Part shown: in pieces, positions 63,311 through 64,000 of the stretch
How positions within the stretch are numbered: position 1 is the stretch's first letter
Layout of the letters: each line of letters opens with the position of its first letter
From: Mizuhopecten yessoensis
Lineage: Eukaryota
Reading direction: 5' to 3'
NCBI RefSeq assembly: GCF_002113885.1
Contig: NW_018408821.1
Coordinates: 465,907 to 529,906, forward strand
DNA: 64,000 nucleotides
The notes under the pieces: model-generated
Databases searched by the model: none
The model's input: only the letters and a program-made list of their open reading frames with translations
What the model was told of the DNA's origin: nothing
Translations under genes and position numbers: made by a program

Positions 63311-64000
63311 CTATGGCTCGAAGACATCCTCCTCTACGTCAACAGTTTCCACAGGAGCGACAGATGATCGCCGTGTGATAGGTTCATCGGGTGCCTGGGA
63401 TATGGAGGAGCGTTGACTGTTTTCGGATTGGTCCCCGAATGCAAACTTAACTGAGATGACAGATGAACGACGTCTGTTTTGCCTATCTCCAGGCAAATTC
63501 TGAATGGCTATACCAGAGGAGAGGCGCCTATTCCATTGTTCATTGCTGTTGAATTGAATGCCTGCAACTGAAGCCCGTCTCTTTTGTAAGTTTCTTCTTG
63601 ATTGTGTTTCCATGGATACCTCTGATGGACGTCGAGTGATAAGTTGATCTCCTAATGAAGTCACAACAGATGACCGACGTCTATTAGATAATCCCGCTGA
63701 AGATTGTGCAAATAAGGCAGAAGTCGTTCGACGCATAGTAGGTTCCTCACGAACAGTCTGCATTGACGCTACCGATGTCGTTCGATGCATTGATGGCTTT
63801 CCAGCAGGTTTTTTGACATCCGTAGGAACCTTCATTGCAATTGCAGATGCAATGCGCCGCATTTCAGGTTTTGCGTTTGAGTTTTTTTCTTTCACTGAAG
63901 AAGATGTTTTTCTGCTTTTTGTTTGTTCCCCGATATCACCAATCGGACCGTCATAAGGCCGCTGTCTTGCTTCCTTTTTACCTGTTGGTATTTCGGTATG
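63311..64000 (-). CDS. C-terminal exon of an unidentified gene; Ser/Arg-rich disordered tail with repeated RRxS motifs
   Basis: Frame is open from the window edge (HTEIPTGKKEARQ...) to TAG at 63311, at least 229 codons, and GC-richer than its flanks. Confidence 0.7.
   Translation of the reverse strand, partial: HTEIPTGKKEARQRPYDGPIGDIGEQTKSRKTSSSVKEKNSNAKPEMRRIASAIAMKVPTDVKKPAGKPSMHRTTSVASMQTVREEPTMRRTTSALFAQSSAGLSNRRRSSVVTSLGDQLITRRPSEVSMETQSRRNLQKRRASVAGIQFNSNEQWNRRLSSGIAIQNLPGDRQNRRRSSVISVKFAFGDQSENSQRSSISQAPDEPITRRSSVAPVETVDVEEDVFEP

Noticed and set aside
63984-63999. 16-nt exact match to TRPV-B exon 1 (24261-24276), both encoding TEIPT
   Set aside because: Roughly one 16-mer match is expected by chance in 64 kb, and the flanks do not align.

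Overview
Eukaryotic, AT-rich, intron-containing genomic DNA. The repeat families and gene set suggest a lophotrochozoan, probably a bivalve mollusc (inference). From left to right: (1) the 5' four exons of DOLPP1 (minus strand) sit head-to-head with a complete 9-exon QTRT1 (plus strand), with only 155 bp between the start codons. (2) A tandem array of four intact, strongly diverged TRPV-family channel genes lies on the minus strand at 14-39 kb. Each has one small first coding exon plus one 2.4-2.6 kb exon, and each has a different pore-filter sequence (GINE, GIGG, GLGE, GLSN). (3) A 239-N assembly gap. (4) A decayed multi-exon receptor pseudogene (YWTD propeller-EGF-2xSushi-TM-tyrosine-motif tail). 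(5) A full-length but decayed Ty3/Gypsy element with both LTRs, PBS and PPT. (6) The RRxS-rich C-terminus of a further minus-strand gene running off the right end. Interspersed repeats include three miniature LTR elements whose LTRs carry a tRNA-like Pol III promoter (an intact TRIM with PBS, PPT and 4-bp TSD, a degenerate copy and a solo LTR), Helentron-like elements, MITEs, SINEs, a hairpin-bearing repeat family, a minisatellite and a 1.6-kb AT satellite. Exon boundaries were read by eye from GT-AG sites and frame continuity. No database searches were run.
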